In this document: positions 17,820-27,009 of the stretch, piece by piece | Numbering within the stretch: the first letter of the stretch is position 1 | Layout of the letters: every line of letters starts with the position of its first letter | Assembly (NCBI GenBank): GCA_041660025.1 | Contig: JBAZXD010000001.1 | Coordinates: 106,059 to 156,498, forward strand | Direction: 5' to 3' | From: Minisyncoccota bacterium | GTDB lineage: Bacteria > Patescibacteriota > Minisyncoccia > Phycocordibacterales > Phycocordibacteraceae | Length of the DNA stretch: 50,440 nucleotides | Program-made: the position numbers and the translations under genes | The notes under the pieces: generated by a model | Told to the model about the DNA's origin: nothing | What the model saw: the letters and a program-made list of their open reading frames with translations, nothing else | Database searches by the model: none

Positions 17820-18854
17820 ATGGAAAACAAACCGCACCAGACACACACGTTTCATATACAGGGTATGCACTGTCAGGCGTGCATCCTACTGACCGAGAGC
17901 GAGTTACGGGAGGTCGACTACGTTTCGCGCGCGACCTCGAGTCTTACCACACGTACCGTCGAAGTGTGCGGCGACTTCGGCGATCGAAGCCCTGCAGAAA
18001 TCGCACACGAGCTCTCACAGGTGCTGAAGAAGCACGGATACTCGCTTTCGATAGAGCGACAACAGCACGCCGCGAATTGGGCGGACTTCGCTGTTGCGGT
18101 ACCGATCGCACTCGGATTTGCGGTGCTCTTTGTGCTTCTTCAGAAGCTTGGCATCGTGAATGTGATAAACACCAGCTCGGTTTCGTATGGCACGGCATTC
18201 CTCATCGGCATCGTCGCCTCGCTCTCGACCTGTATGGCGGTGGTAGGCGGTCTCGTGCTCTCGATGTCCGCCACCTTCGCCCGGGAAGGGGATCGGGTGC
18301 GTCCGCAGGTCCTCTTCCACGCGGGACGCATCGCGGCGTTCTTCGTCCTTGGCGGAGCCATCGGCGCGCTTGGTGCGTCGTTTACTCTCGGCACGACCGG
18401 GATGTTCGCCCTGAGTCTACTGGTCGGCGTCGTGATGCTCGTGCTTGGTCTTAATTTGCTCGACGTGTTCCCGTGGGTAAAGCGGCTTCAGCCGGCAATG
18501 CCGAAATTCCTCGCGACTCGCGCGCTTGGCGCCTCAAGAATGAGTCACACGCTCACACCGCTCATTGTGGGCGTCGCGACGTTCTTCCTGCCGTGCGGAT
18601 TCACGCAGGCGATGCAGTTTTACAGTCTCACGACCGGCGGCTTCCTCGTCGGAGGCCTCACGATGCTCGCCTTCGCGCTCGGGACCCTGCCGGTCTTGGC
18701 GCTTATCGGCTTCAGCTCGTTCAGTATTAAGAACAACGCCAAGGCGGGCATTTTCTTCAAGTCTGCGGGGCTCATCGTGATACTGTTCGCGCTCTTTAAT
18801 ATCATAAACAGTCTGGTGGTCATCGGCCTCATTTCCCCTGTGTTCAATTTCTAG
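17820..18854 (+). CDS. HMA-domain sulfite exporter TauE/SafE (DsbD_2-like) membrane protein
   Basis: GMHCQAC, SLSTCMAVVGG, FLPCGFTQ; a usual copA neighbour. Confidence 0.88.
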   Translation: MENKPHQTHTFHIQGMHCQACILLTESELREVDYVSRATSSLTTRTVEVCGDFGDRSPAEIAHELSQVLKKHGYSLSIERQQHAANWADFAVAVPIALGFAVLFVLLQKLGIVNVINTSSVSYGTAFLIGIVASLSTCMAVVGGLVLSMSATFAREGDRVRPQVLFHAGRIAAFFVLGGAIGALGASFTLGTTGMFALSLLVGVVMLVLGLNLLDVFPWVKRLQPAMPKFLATRALGASRMSHTLTPLIVGVATFFLPCGFTQAMQFYSLTTGGFLVGGLTMLAFALGTLPVLALIGFSSFSIKNNAKAGIFFKSAGLIVILFALFNIINSLVVIGLISPVFNF

Positions 18855-18871
18855 GTATCATTCCCTTACCT

Positions 18872-19261
18872 ATGAAGCCCTTGCACCTCGCCCTCGTTGT
18901 CGCCGCCACCCTCATCGGTGGCTCACTTATGATTTCGCTCAACAGACCGAGCGTGCAAGAGGAGGTTCCGGCAAATAACGTTACCATCGTCGACGGTCAG
19001 CAGGTCATCGAGATAGAGGCGAAGGGCGGTTATACGCCGCGCACGAGTACGGCGAAGGCCGGCATTCCGACGATTTTGCGTTTTCGCACTGACGGTACGT
19101 TCGATTGCTCGTCCTACATCCGCATCCCGAGTATGAACGTCAGCAAAAACCTTCCCTCAACGGGCACCGTCGACATCCCCATAACCGATCCAAAGGCCGG
19201 GTCGCTCATCGGTATGTGTGGTATGGGTATGTACCCGTTCCAGGTGAACTTCGAGAGCTAG
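18872..19261 (+). CDS. Cupredoxin-domain protein
   Basis: N-terminal anchor, GGYTP, FDCSS, CGMGM. Confidence 0.85.
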   Translation: MKPLHLALVVAATLIGGSLMISLNRPSVQEEVPANNVTIVDGQQVIEIEAKGGYTPRTSTAKAGIPTILRFRTDGTFDCSSYIRIPSMNVSKNLPSTGTVDIPITDPKAGSLIGMCGMGMYPFQVNFES

Positions 19262-19301
19262 CGTCAGGCATGGTATAAGTACACCAAGCTTTTTATATCC
19301 T

Positions 19302-19631
19302 ATGCTTGGCTTCCATCATCTACGCTCTCGAGCGCTCGTCGCGCAGGGTCTCGAACCGTTCCCGGCACGAAGCACGTGGAAACGTTTCCTCGACCGCCTT
19401 ATGTACAGCGTCGGAATTCTCGCACCGCTTGCACTTATGCCGCAGGTTATTTCTATCTACGTAGATCATGAGAAACAAGGCGTCTCTCTCGAAACGTGGG
19501 TTCTGCTCGCAGTATTCAACATCCTCTGGGTGGTCTACGGCATCGTACATAAGGACAAACCGATCATTATCACGCACGCGCTGTTTACGGTTCTCGACGT
19601 CTCGATTGTCGCCGGCGTACTCCTGTTGTAA
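19302..19631 (+). CDS. SemiSWEET / PQ-loop family small transporter
   Basis: LMPQV PQ motif, WVVYGIVHKDKPII, three TM segments. Confidence 0.75.
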   Translation: MLGFHHLRSRALVAQGLEPFPARSTWKRFLDRLMYSVGILAPLALMPQVISIYVDHEKQGVSLETWVLLAVFNILWVVYGIVHKDKPIIITHALFTVLDVSIVAGVLLL

Positions 19632-19660
19632 TTAGAAATTGAAAGAATGCGGGAATTCAG

Positions 19661-19783
19661 TTAGGATGCACGAGTGCGAGAAATCCGAGTCGCCGCGATA
19701 AGCGTTGCTTGCACGCTTTTCTTTCGGCTCGTTCGGGCGGTGAGGGAATGTATGAGGACACACATTCCCTCACACCTTCACTC
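19661..19783 (+). ncRNA. Structured tRNA-leader element C
   Basis: Identical TAAGCGTTGCTTGCACGCTT and CGGCTCGTTCGG to element A; second hairpin with compensatory changes; abuts tRNA +1. Confidence 0.65.
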
Positions 19784-19856
19784 GCCGAGATAGCTCAGTT
19801 GGTAGAGCACGTCCATGGTAAGGACGAGGTCGTCGGTTCAATCCCGACTCTCGGCT
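19784..19856 (+). tRNA. tRNA-Thr(GGT)
   Basis: GCCGAGA/TCTCGGC acceptor, CGTCC-ATGGTAA-GGACG anticodon arm, GGTTCAATCCC T arm. Confidence 0.96.
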
Positions 19857-20074
19857 CAAAGATCAAAAATAGCGAAGTTCTCTCGAGAAACCAGCGTTTC
19901 TCGGGGTATTTTGAGCTTGCTATCAACAAGAGGGATATTGACAACACAAGAACTATCGAGAAGGTGGTATACTAAACACAGCGTTCTGTTCGTGTGCTGA
20001 CTTAGATGCGCACGGCAATCTGACTCTAGTAAGGTAGGTAGAAGGAAGGTCTTACACATAATAAATAATTAGGT

Positions 20075-21334
20075 ATGAAAACAGCTATAAGCGTTTCTAT
20101 CGCCGCATCTGTTTTTTCCTTAGCACTCGTTCTTACGGGGCCCTTTGTCGCGCTTGCGGCCGGTCCGTCAGCAGTGAATCTCGGCACAGCCGGTGGATAT
20201 ACAATCTTGGCAAAAACGGGTGTCTCAACGACCGGAGCCACCTCCATCTCCGGAGACGTCGGCCTTAGTCCGGCGGCCGCGAGCTATCTGACCGGATTTG
20301 CGCTAACGCTTCCTTCGGCGAGCGCGTTCGCTACGTCGGTCATAGTCTCTGGGAAAGTATATGCGCCCGGATATGCGGATCCGACACCTACAGCTCTCAC
20401 CACCGCGGTACTCGATATGCAAAACGCTTACACCGATGCCGCCGGAAGAACCAACCCAACCGCGACTGAGCTCGGTGCCGGGAATATCGGTGGTATGACG
20501 CTTGCTCCGGGTCTCTACAAATGGAGTACCGGTGTCACCATACCGACGGACGTTACGCTCTCGGGTGGCGCGCAAGACGTTTGGATCTTCCAGATAGCGC
20601 AGAATCTTACAGTAAGTTCCGGTGCGCGCGTCGTTCTCTCCGGCGGTGCACAGGCCTCCAACATCTTCTGGCAGGTCGCGGGGCAGACGACTCTCGGGAC
20701 GACCGCTGTCATGAACGGAAACGTACTGGACCAAACGTCGATCGTACTGAATACTGGCGCCGTACTGAACGGCCGAGCACTCGCGCAGGCCGCGGTTACG
20801 CTTGATGCGAATACCGTTACCGCGCCAACCACAACCGCCGCTACTCCCGCTACGCCGGCAACGACAACGACAACGCCGACCACTCCCGCTACGCCGGCTA
20901 CCCCCGCTACTCCGGCAACGCCTTCGACACAGACGACAGTGGCACCATCGGCTTCAGGACTCTCGACCTCACAGGTTCAGGCAATTCTTGACGTACTTGC
21001 GTCGTTCAACGCCGACGCCTCAGTCATTGCGAACGTGAAAGCCTCGCTCGGAGGTACGACCACCGGCTCGGTGACGAGTGCGGCCGTGGCCGTGTTCAAG
21101 GCGAATCTCACGGTCGGTTCTCTCGGGAGCGAGGTAAAAGCTCTCCAAGAGTTCCTGAACGCGCGTGGCTATACTGTTGCCGCGAGCGGCGCGGGTTCTC
21201 CGGGGAACGAAACGACTCGATTCGGAGTGGCGACGAAAGCGGCCCTCGTGAAATATCAGAAGGCTAAGGGTATCACTCCGGCAAGCGGATATTTCGGTCC
21301 GCTGACGCGTGCGGCAATCAACGCCGAAAAATAA
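20075..21334 (+). CDS. Secreted DUF3494 (ice-binding-like) protein with Thr/Pro/Ala linker and C-terminal peptidoglycan-binding domain
   Basis: Signal peptide, VNLGTAGGYTILAK, PGLYKW, WIFQIA, NIFWQV, GRALAQAAVTL; C-terminal GSEVKALQEFLN...GYFGPLTRAAIN. Confidence 0.92.
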   Translation: MKTAISVSIAASVFSLALVLTGPFVALAAGPSAVNLGTAGGYTILAKTGVSTTGATSISGDVGLSPAAASYLTGFALTLPSASAFATSVIVSGKVYAPGYADPTPTALTTAVLDMQNAYTDAAGRTNPTATELGAGNIGGMTLAPGLYKWSTGVTIPTDVTLSGGAQDVWIFQIAQNLTVSSGARVVLSGGAQASNIFWQVAGQTTLGTTAVMNGNVLDQTSIVLNTGAVLNGRALAQAAVTLDANTVTAPTTTAATPATPATTTTTPTTPATPATPATPATPSTQTTVAPSASGLSTSQVQAILDVLASFNADASVIANVKASLGGTTTGSVTSAAVAVFKANLTVGSLGSEVKALQEFLNARGYTVAASGAGSPGNETTRFGVATKAALVKYQKAKGITPASGYFGPLTRAAINAEK

Positions 21335-21363
21335 TATAACCTCTCGACTTAATATAATTACGT

Positions 21364-23178
21364 ATGAAACTATCTCACAAAATCGTAATACGCGCGTTCA
21401 TCGTTTCTTTGGTGTTCGTTCTAGCCGGACCAACGACTGCCTTCGCAACAGTGGCGGTAGCGCCAAATCTCGGAACAGCGGCGAGTTTCTCAGTCTTTGC
21501 TGGCTCGGCGATGACCGCCGACGCCCTGGGCGCCACGGTCTCCGGTGACCTTGGCGTCAATCCAGGTCTCTCGGTAAGCGGACCCTGGACCGTGGGAGGT
21601 ACAAGCTATTTTGGCACCGGCGGTCTGTCGGGAACTGCCAAGACTGACGCTACGGCCGCGTGGACTAGTATGAATCCCACGAACCAGCCACTCGGCACTA
21701 CCTGGGATCCCGCCTCTCCCCCCGATATGACTCCGGTACCGGGTCTGTACACCCGCTCCGGCGACGCTACGATCAGCACCACTCTTACGCTGAACGGCGA
21801 TGCCTCGTCGGTCTGGATCTTCCAAATCAATAACGACCTTACGTTCACGAATGCCGCCACAGTCGTCTTAGGTGCCGGAGTGAGCGCCTGCAACGTCTAT
21901 TGGCAGATTGACCGAGACGCCACCATCAACGGAAGTCCCGGCAAGCAATTTGTCGGAACGCTTATTGCAAACAACAACGTATCTCTGGTATCCGGCGCAA
22001 CGGTTGTCGGACGAATGATGGCACTCACCGGAACTTTGTCAGCGGCCGGTATTACCAATATCTCCGGATGTGCGACCGGGACTACGGTACCGGGAAGCAA
22101 CCCGCAGCAGGGGACGATCAATGTCGTAAAGACGGTCATCAACGATAGTGGAGGGACGAAGACCGTTACCGACTTTCCGCTCTTCGTGAACGGCAACCCG
22201 GTCGTCTCAGGCGTGACCAACACGTTCCCAGCGCCCGCGTCTGTGTACACCGTGACTGAAACGGGGAATGCCAACTACACACGGACGTTCTCCGGCGCGT
22301 GCGATAGCAATGGTCGCCTGACGCTCTCTCCGGGCGACAACAAAGTCTGTATCGTCACGAACAACGACATCGGTGTGCCCGCGCCTGTTGTGCCGCCCCT
22401 TATCGACGTGGTGAAGACGGCGAATCCTCTCGCGCTTCCCGGCGGCCCTGGACCGGTAGCCTACACCTATACGCTCCGCAATATCGGAACGGTTCCGGTA
22501 ACTAACATCACGATGGTCGGCGATACGTGCAGTCCGCTCGTACTCGCTTCCGGCGACGCAAACGCGAACAGTAAACTTGAAGTGAACGAGACCTGGGTAT
22601 ACCGGTGCTCTACAACACTCTCCGCAACGCACACGAACACGGTCACTGCGACCGGATGGGCCAATGGCATCAGCGCGATCGATATCGCGAGTGCCACGGT
22701 CATCGTCGGCGCATCAGTCGTGCCTCCGCTCATCCACGTGGAGAAGGTGCCGAGCGTACTGACACTCTCCGCTCCCGGCGCGGTTACCTACCGGTACATC
22801 GTGAGCAACCCCGGCACCGCGGCCCTACAGAACGTCAGCATCACGGACGATAAGTGTACCGGCCTGCCCGGACGCGTCTCGGGTCATCCGGGAGACCTGA
22901 ACAACAACAATTTACTCGAAAGCAATGAATCGTGGGTGTTCTCCTGTAAAACGAATCTGACGCAAACGACAACGAACATCGTAACGGTCTCAGGAAGCGC
23001 GAATGGGTTGACCGCAACCGACTTCGCGTTCGCTACGGTCGTCGTCGCCTCGCCGAAACTGCCGAACACAGGACTCCCTCCTCAGGCGACAACTCCCTGG
23101 AGCGCCGTCCTTCTCGTCGGCATTCTCGGGTTTATCGCAACAGTGCTCAACGTCACGCTGAAGAAACGCACTGTATAA
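21364..23178 (+). CDS. Secreted DUF3494 (ice-binding-like) protein with Ig-like repeats and LPxTG sorting signal
   Basis: LGTAASFSVFAG, WIFQI, NVYWQI; two repeated YTY..N.G...L.N..+..D..C modules; LPNTG (23059-23073), then TM and KKR tail. Confidence 0.88.
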   Translation: MKLSHKIVIRAFIVSLVFVLAGPTTAFATVAVAPNLGTAASFSVFAGSAMTADALGATVSGDLGVNPGLSVSGPWTVGGTSYFGTGGLSGTAKTDATAAWTSMNPTNQPLGTTWDPASPPDMTPVPGLYTRSGDATISTTLTLNGDASSVWIFQINNDLTFTNAATVVLGAGVSACNVYWQIDRDATINGSPGKQFVGTLIANNNVSLVSGATVVGRMMALTGTLSAAGITNISGCATGTTVPGSNPQQGTINVVKTVINDSGGTKTVTDFPLFVNGNPVVSGVTNTFPAPASVYTVTETGNANYTRTFSGACDSNGRLTLSPGDNKVCIVTNNDIGVPAPVVPPLIDVVKTANPLALPGGPGPVAYTYTLRNIGTVPVTNITMVGDTCSPLVLASGDANANSKLEVNETWVYRCSTTLSATHTNTVTATGWANGISAIDIASATVIVGASVVPPLIHVEKVPSVLTLSAPGAVTYRYIVSNPGTAALQNVSITDDKCTGLPGRVSGHPGDLNNNNLLESNESWVFSCKTNLTQTTTNIVTVSGSANGLTATDFAFATVVVASPKLPNTGLPPQATTPWSAVLLVGILGFIATVLNVTLKKRTV

Positions 23179-23209
23179 TCTCGGCAGTACCCGCGGCCAG
23201 AACGAACGT

Positions 23210-23467
23210 ATGACTACCCTGATGCAATCAGAGATATTCTTCTTCATCTCCTCGATAGGATTCATCATCCTAGGAGCGCTGGTCGCCGCCGTCCTGGTCT
23301 ATATCCTGCGCGCGTTTCGCTCGTTCTCGAGGATATTGGAAAAAGCAGAAAAGGATATAGACGCCATCGGCGACACGACGAAAGAAATGCTCGACGATAT
23401 GCGAGAGAGCAGTGTCTTCCAGTTCCTATTCCGCCGCAAGAGAAAACAGAAAAGTCGCACTCATTAA
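23210..23467 (+). CDS. Small membrane-anchored hypothetical protein
   Basis: One TM segment followed by a coiled-coil-like tail. Confidence 0.7.
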   Translation: MTTLMQSEIFFFISSIGFIILGALVAAVLVYILRAFRSFSRILEKAEKDIDAIGDTTKEMLDDMRESSVFQFLFRRKRKQKSRTH

Positions 23468-23488
23468 TCTCAATTACGTACCCCTCCT

Positions 23489-23842
23489 ATGACAAAGAAA
23501 AAAGTTGTGAAAAAGAAGAAGAGCGGAATGTCGGTAGGCACAGCGGCGGCGATCGGTGCTGGCGTAGCGGCCGTGAGCGCCGGGGCGTATTACTTTCTCG
23601 GACCGAAAGGAAAACAGCACCGGGGGAGAGCGAAGGTCTGGATGACGAAGATGGAAACGGATATCGAGAAGAAGTTGCAGAAGGCAAAGAGCGTTACCCA
23701 GCCGCTATATCGGGACGCCGTCGACACCATTGCCGCAACCTATAGTAAACGATATAAGGAGCACGCGCCGGAAATAAAAGCACTCGCGAAGAAACTCAAG
23801 GCAGGATGGAAAAACACGCGAAACAAAATCCACAGCTCGTAG
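23489..23842 (+). CDS. Basic hypothetical protein (YtxH-like architecture)
   Basis: Lys-rich N-terminus, AAAIGAGVAAVSAGAYYF hydrophobic stretch, helical tail. Confidence 0.6.
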   Translation: MTKKKVVKKKKSGMSVGTAAAIGAGVAAVSAGAYYFLGPKGKQHRGRAKVWMTKMETDIEKKLQKAKSVTQPLYRDAVDTIAATYSKRYKEHAPEIKALAKKLKAGWKNTRNKIHSS

Positions 23843-24390
23843 TCATCCTTACCGGGTGTGCGCTCGTTCTGATATTTCTCTTCTTCGGCCTGAAAAGCTC
23901 AGGGGAGAGTAGCTTATTGCCGCTTCTTGGAGAGGAAGAAATGCGTTCCGGATTACCGGTACGTCTGACGATACCGCGCATCGGCGTCGACGCGGCTCTG
24001 GAGTCTGTAGGGCTCACTCCCGAGGGAGCAATGGATGTGCCGACAGGACCCGCGAACGCGGCGTGGTTCTCCCCTGGTCCGCGCCCCGGCGAGGAGGGCA
24101 GTGCGGTCATCGCCGGACACTATGGATGGAAAGACGGCTTGCCGGCAGTATTTGACGATCTGTCTGCCTTACAGAAAGGGGACAAAATATATATCGAAGA
24201 CGAGAACGGAGTACTGACTGCATTTGTGGTACGCGAGCTCCGAAGCTACGGGGAATACGAAGATGCTCCGGAGGTGTTCGGCTCGATCGACGGGAAGGCG
24301 CACCTGAATCTCGTCACGTGCGGGGGAGTGTGGAATAAGGATTCCAAGAGCTATGCAAAGCGTCTCGTGGTATTCGCGGATGAGGTATAA
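23806..24390 (+). CDS. Class F sortase
   Basis: PVRLTIPRIGVDA, IAGH, LNLVTC, downstream R (His/Cys/Arg triad). Confidence 0.93.
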   Translation: MEKHAKQNPQLVVILTGCALVLIFLFFGLKSSGESSLLPLLGEEEMRSGLPVRLTIPRIGVDAALESVGLTPEGAMDVPTGPANAAWFSPGPRPGEEGSAVIAGHYGWKDGLPAVFDDLSALQKGDKIYIEDENGVLTAFVVRELRSYGEYEDAPEVFGSIDGKAHLNLVTCGGVWNKDSKSYAKRLVVFADEV

Positions 24391-24437
24391 GGAATACTTT
24401 TTCAGAAAGGGATTTTATGGTAGAAATGGAAGGCATT

Positions 24438-24510
24438 GCCGCCTTAGCTCAGTTGGTAGAGCAACCCCTTCGTAAGGGGTAGGTCCTCAGTTCAAATCTG
24501 AGAGGCGGCT
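24438..24510 (+). tRNA. tRNA-Thr(CGT)
   Basis: GCCGCCT/AGGCGGC acceptor, ACCCC-TTCGTAA-GGGGT anticodon arm, CTCAG-TTCAAAT-CTGAG T arm. Confidence 0.95.
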
Positions 24511-24560
24511 CAAAAAAGGAACGCCCAGCATTTGCCGGGCGTCTGCGCTCAAAGGTTTCG

Positions 24561-24917
24561 TCATGCGGGCGCAAGTTTTTGTGCGGCCGCATACGCCATG
24601 ACCTCGTCGAGGTATCTGGACGCCATTTGCAGCTGGGGAAGCATCCGGTAATACACACTCGGCTTATCCACGTCTTCCGTCACGGTAAGCAGTTGGATAG
24701 CGGTGTCATATTCCAGTTGTGCGATAGACCTTTTAAGTTCTATCTCGTACCCGCGCGGAAGATCGATCGCATGCGCCATTCTGAGACGTTGCGGCAATCT
24801 TGCCAGCAACTCCCTTGCTTCTTTAATGGCATGATTCGAACTGATCGTACCGAGCCGTATGCCAATGAACAGTGCGACCACTATGATCAGCATGACCAAA
24901 ACGACGATTGCGCCCAT
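24561..24917 (-). CDS. Hypothetical single-TM protein
   Basis: N-terminal hydrophobic helix, 118 aa. Confidence 0.55.
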   Translation of the reverse strand: MGAIVVLVMLIIVVALFIGIRLGTISSNHAIKEARELLARLPQRLRMAHAIDLPRGYEIELKRSIAQLEYDTAIQLLTVTEDVDKPSVYYRMLPQLQMASRYLDEVMAYAAAQKLAPA

Positions 24918-25048
24918 ATTTCCTCCATTCAGAAGTTATGATGTGGCCCAGATGGATAATGCTCCTATTTGCGCCCAAGTCAATGTGATAGAAATATGGA
25001 TCGCTGCATCTTTGCAACTCGCCCATCGGGGAGTAGAATAAGGGGCAT

Positions 25049-25411
25049 ATGACTATGGAAAATGCCGAGGGGGCACGACGTACGGGGCCGCCATCAAGGG
25101 CGGCGATGGAGCGAGCCGCCGATTATAATATCGAACGCACGGAAACGGAGAAACGGCTTAGCGACCGGTATATCGCCGTGCAAAAACGGCTCAATGAGTT
25201 GCAAGCGAATAAACAGAGAGGCGCCGAAGCTGTTGTAGAACACAAGGACCCGAGATTAGAGGACCTAGCCATAGTTCTGCGCACCGCCACCGTGGAAGAA
25301 ATAAATAAATTCGAAGTTGAGAAAGAGGCACTCGAGGCAGAAATGGAGGGGAAAGGTATCGATCCTGCAAAGTACGCCATCTCTGTTTCAGAAGCTGAAG
25401 TCATCCAGTGA
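25049..25411 (+). CDS. Hypothetical charged helical protein
   Basis: 120-aa ORF directly upstream of prfB. Confidence 0.55.
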   Translation: MTMENAEGARRTGPPSRAAMERAADYNIERTETEKRLSDRYIAVQKRLNELQANKQRGAEAVVEHKDPRLEDLAIVLRTATVEEINKFEVEKEALEAEMEGKGIDPAKYAISVSEAEVIQ

Positions 25412-25423
25412 TTTTTTCGCATA

Positions 25424-26302
25424 ATGGCTGACGAGAGAGAAACGCGGCTTGCACAGCTCGAGGCGATGATGGCATCGCCTGATTTCTGGACGGACAAGGG
25501 GAAGGCGCAAGAACTCGTACAGGAATACCAAACTCTGAAAGAGGGCGGCGACGGCGACCCGCACGATGCGGGGAATGCGACCTTGGCTATCCTCGCGGGC
25601 GCGGGCGGCGACGACGCCGAAGACTTCGCACGTATGCTCCGCCGGATGTACGAGGGGTACGCTACGAAGAAGGGTTGGCGCGTTCGCGAGCTCCACGCGA
25701 ACGAGAACGACCACGGCGGCTACCGCAACGTGATGCTGGAGATTACCGGCAGTGGTGCCTATGGGCGCCTGAAGTACGAAGCGGGTGTGCATCGGCTCGT
25801 GCGCCAGTCGCCCTTCAACGCGAACGCGAAGCGGCAGACCTCTTTTGCGCTTGTCGAAGTGCTCCCGACACTGGTTGCGACCGACAAGGTCGAGCTCCGA
25901 AGCGACGACCTTGAGATACAGTTCGCCCGCGCCGGAGGCGCGGGCGGCCAGAACGTGAACAAGCGCGAGACGGCCGTGCGCATCTTGCATACGCCGACCA
26001 ACATTTCAGTACATATCTCGAGCGAGCGCAGCCAGCTCGCGAACCGCGAGAAGGCAATGGAACTCCTGAAGGCGAAAATATTTGCGAAAGAAGAGGCCGA
26101 GCGCGAGGCGGCGGCGAAGGGCCGTTCCATCGCCGCTACGACCGCCAACGAGTGGGGGAGCCAGATCCGCTCCTACGTCCTCCACCCGTACAAGATGGTC
26201 AAGGACCATCGCACCGAGTACGAATCCTCTAATCCGGATAAGGTGCTTGAGGGCGACCTCGACGGGTTTATAGACGCCGCAGAGGCAGGTGCGGTACAAT
26301 AG
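25424..26302 (+). CDS. prfB: Peptide chain release factor 2 (N-terminally reduced)
   Basis: SPF anticodon motif, [30 protein letters not shown]. Confidence 0.93.
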   Translation: MADERETRLAQLEAMMASPDFWTDKGKAQELVQEYQTLKEGGDGDPHDAGNATLAILAGAGGDDAEDFARMLRRMYEGYATKKGWRVRELHANENDHGGYRNVMLEITGSGAYGRLKYEAGVHRLVRQSPFNANAKRQTSFALVEVLPTLVATDKVELRSDDLEIQFARAGGAGGQNVNKRETAVRILHTPTNISVHISSERSQLANREKAMELLKAKIFAKEEAEREAAAKGRSIAATTANEWGSQIRSYVLHPYKMVKDHRTEYESSNPDKVLEGDLDGFIDAAEAGAVQ

Positions 26303-26312
26303 GGAACGAAGC

Positions 26313-26990
26313 ATGATTTATTTCGACCAGGTGACGAAACGGTATGGGGATATGGCGGCACTCGAAGGAGTTACGCTCTCCGTCGCCCCCAAGGAGTTCG
26401 TCTCCATCGTCGGCCACTCGGGCGCGGGTAAGACGACCTTGCTGAAGCTCCTCCTCGCCGAAGAGCGCCCTACCGACGGCAACGTCTTTTTCGAATCTAT
26501 CGATGTGAACGACCTCCCGAGCTCGGCCTTGCACCACTACCGCCGCAAGATAGGGATGGTGTTCCAGGATTTCCGCCTTATCCCGAACAAGACCGCCTAC
26601 GAGAATATCGCGTTCGCGATGGAGGCGGCGGGGCGCTCCGACGACGAGATCGCGAGCGACGTGCCCTACATCCTCGAGCTGGTCAATCTCGCCGACAAGG
26701 CGAAGCATTTCCCCGACCAGCTCTCGGGCGGCGAGAAACAGCGTATCGCCATCGGCCGCGCCATCATCAACCAGCCGGACCTTATCGTCGCCGACGAGCC
26801 GACCGGCAATCTCGACCCCATCAATACCTACGAGATCGTCGAGATACTCAAGAAGATCAACGAGCTCGGGACAACTATCATCATCACGACCCATAACAAG
26901 GGCGTGGTCGACGCCATCGGCAAGCGCGTCATCACCATCGACCGCGGACGTGTCGTCCGCGACGATGCGAAAGGGAAGTACATCCTATGA
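26313..26990 (+). CDS. ftsE: Cell division ATP-binding protein FtsE
   Basis: [34 protein letters not shown]; precedes ftsX. Confidence 0.93.
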   Translation: MIYFDQVTKRYGDMAALEGVTLSVAPKEFVSIVGHSGAGKTTLLKLLLAEERPTDGNVFFESIDVNDLPSSALHHYRRKIGMVFQDFRLIPNKTAYENIAFAMEAAGRSDDEIASDVPYILELVNLADKAKHFPDQLSGGEKQRIAIGRAIINQPDLIVADEPTGNLDPINTYEIVEILKKINELGTTIIITTHNKGVVDAIGKRVITIDRGRVVRDDAKGKYIL

Positions 26991-27009
26991 AAATGAGGAC
27001 TGATATACT

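Noticed and set aside
20835-20925. Tandem 9-nt-like repeats
   Set aside because: They encode the Thr-Pro-Ala linker of the DUF3494 protein; not an independent DNA element.
25388-25430. Programmed frameshift joining the upstream ORF to prfB
   Set aside because: No CTT-TGA slippery site or internal SD, and the upstream ORF does not resemble the RF2 N-terminus.
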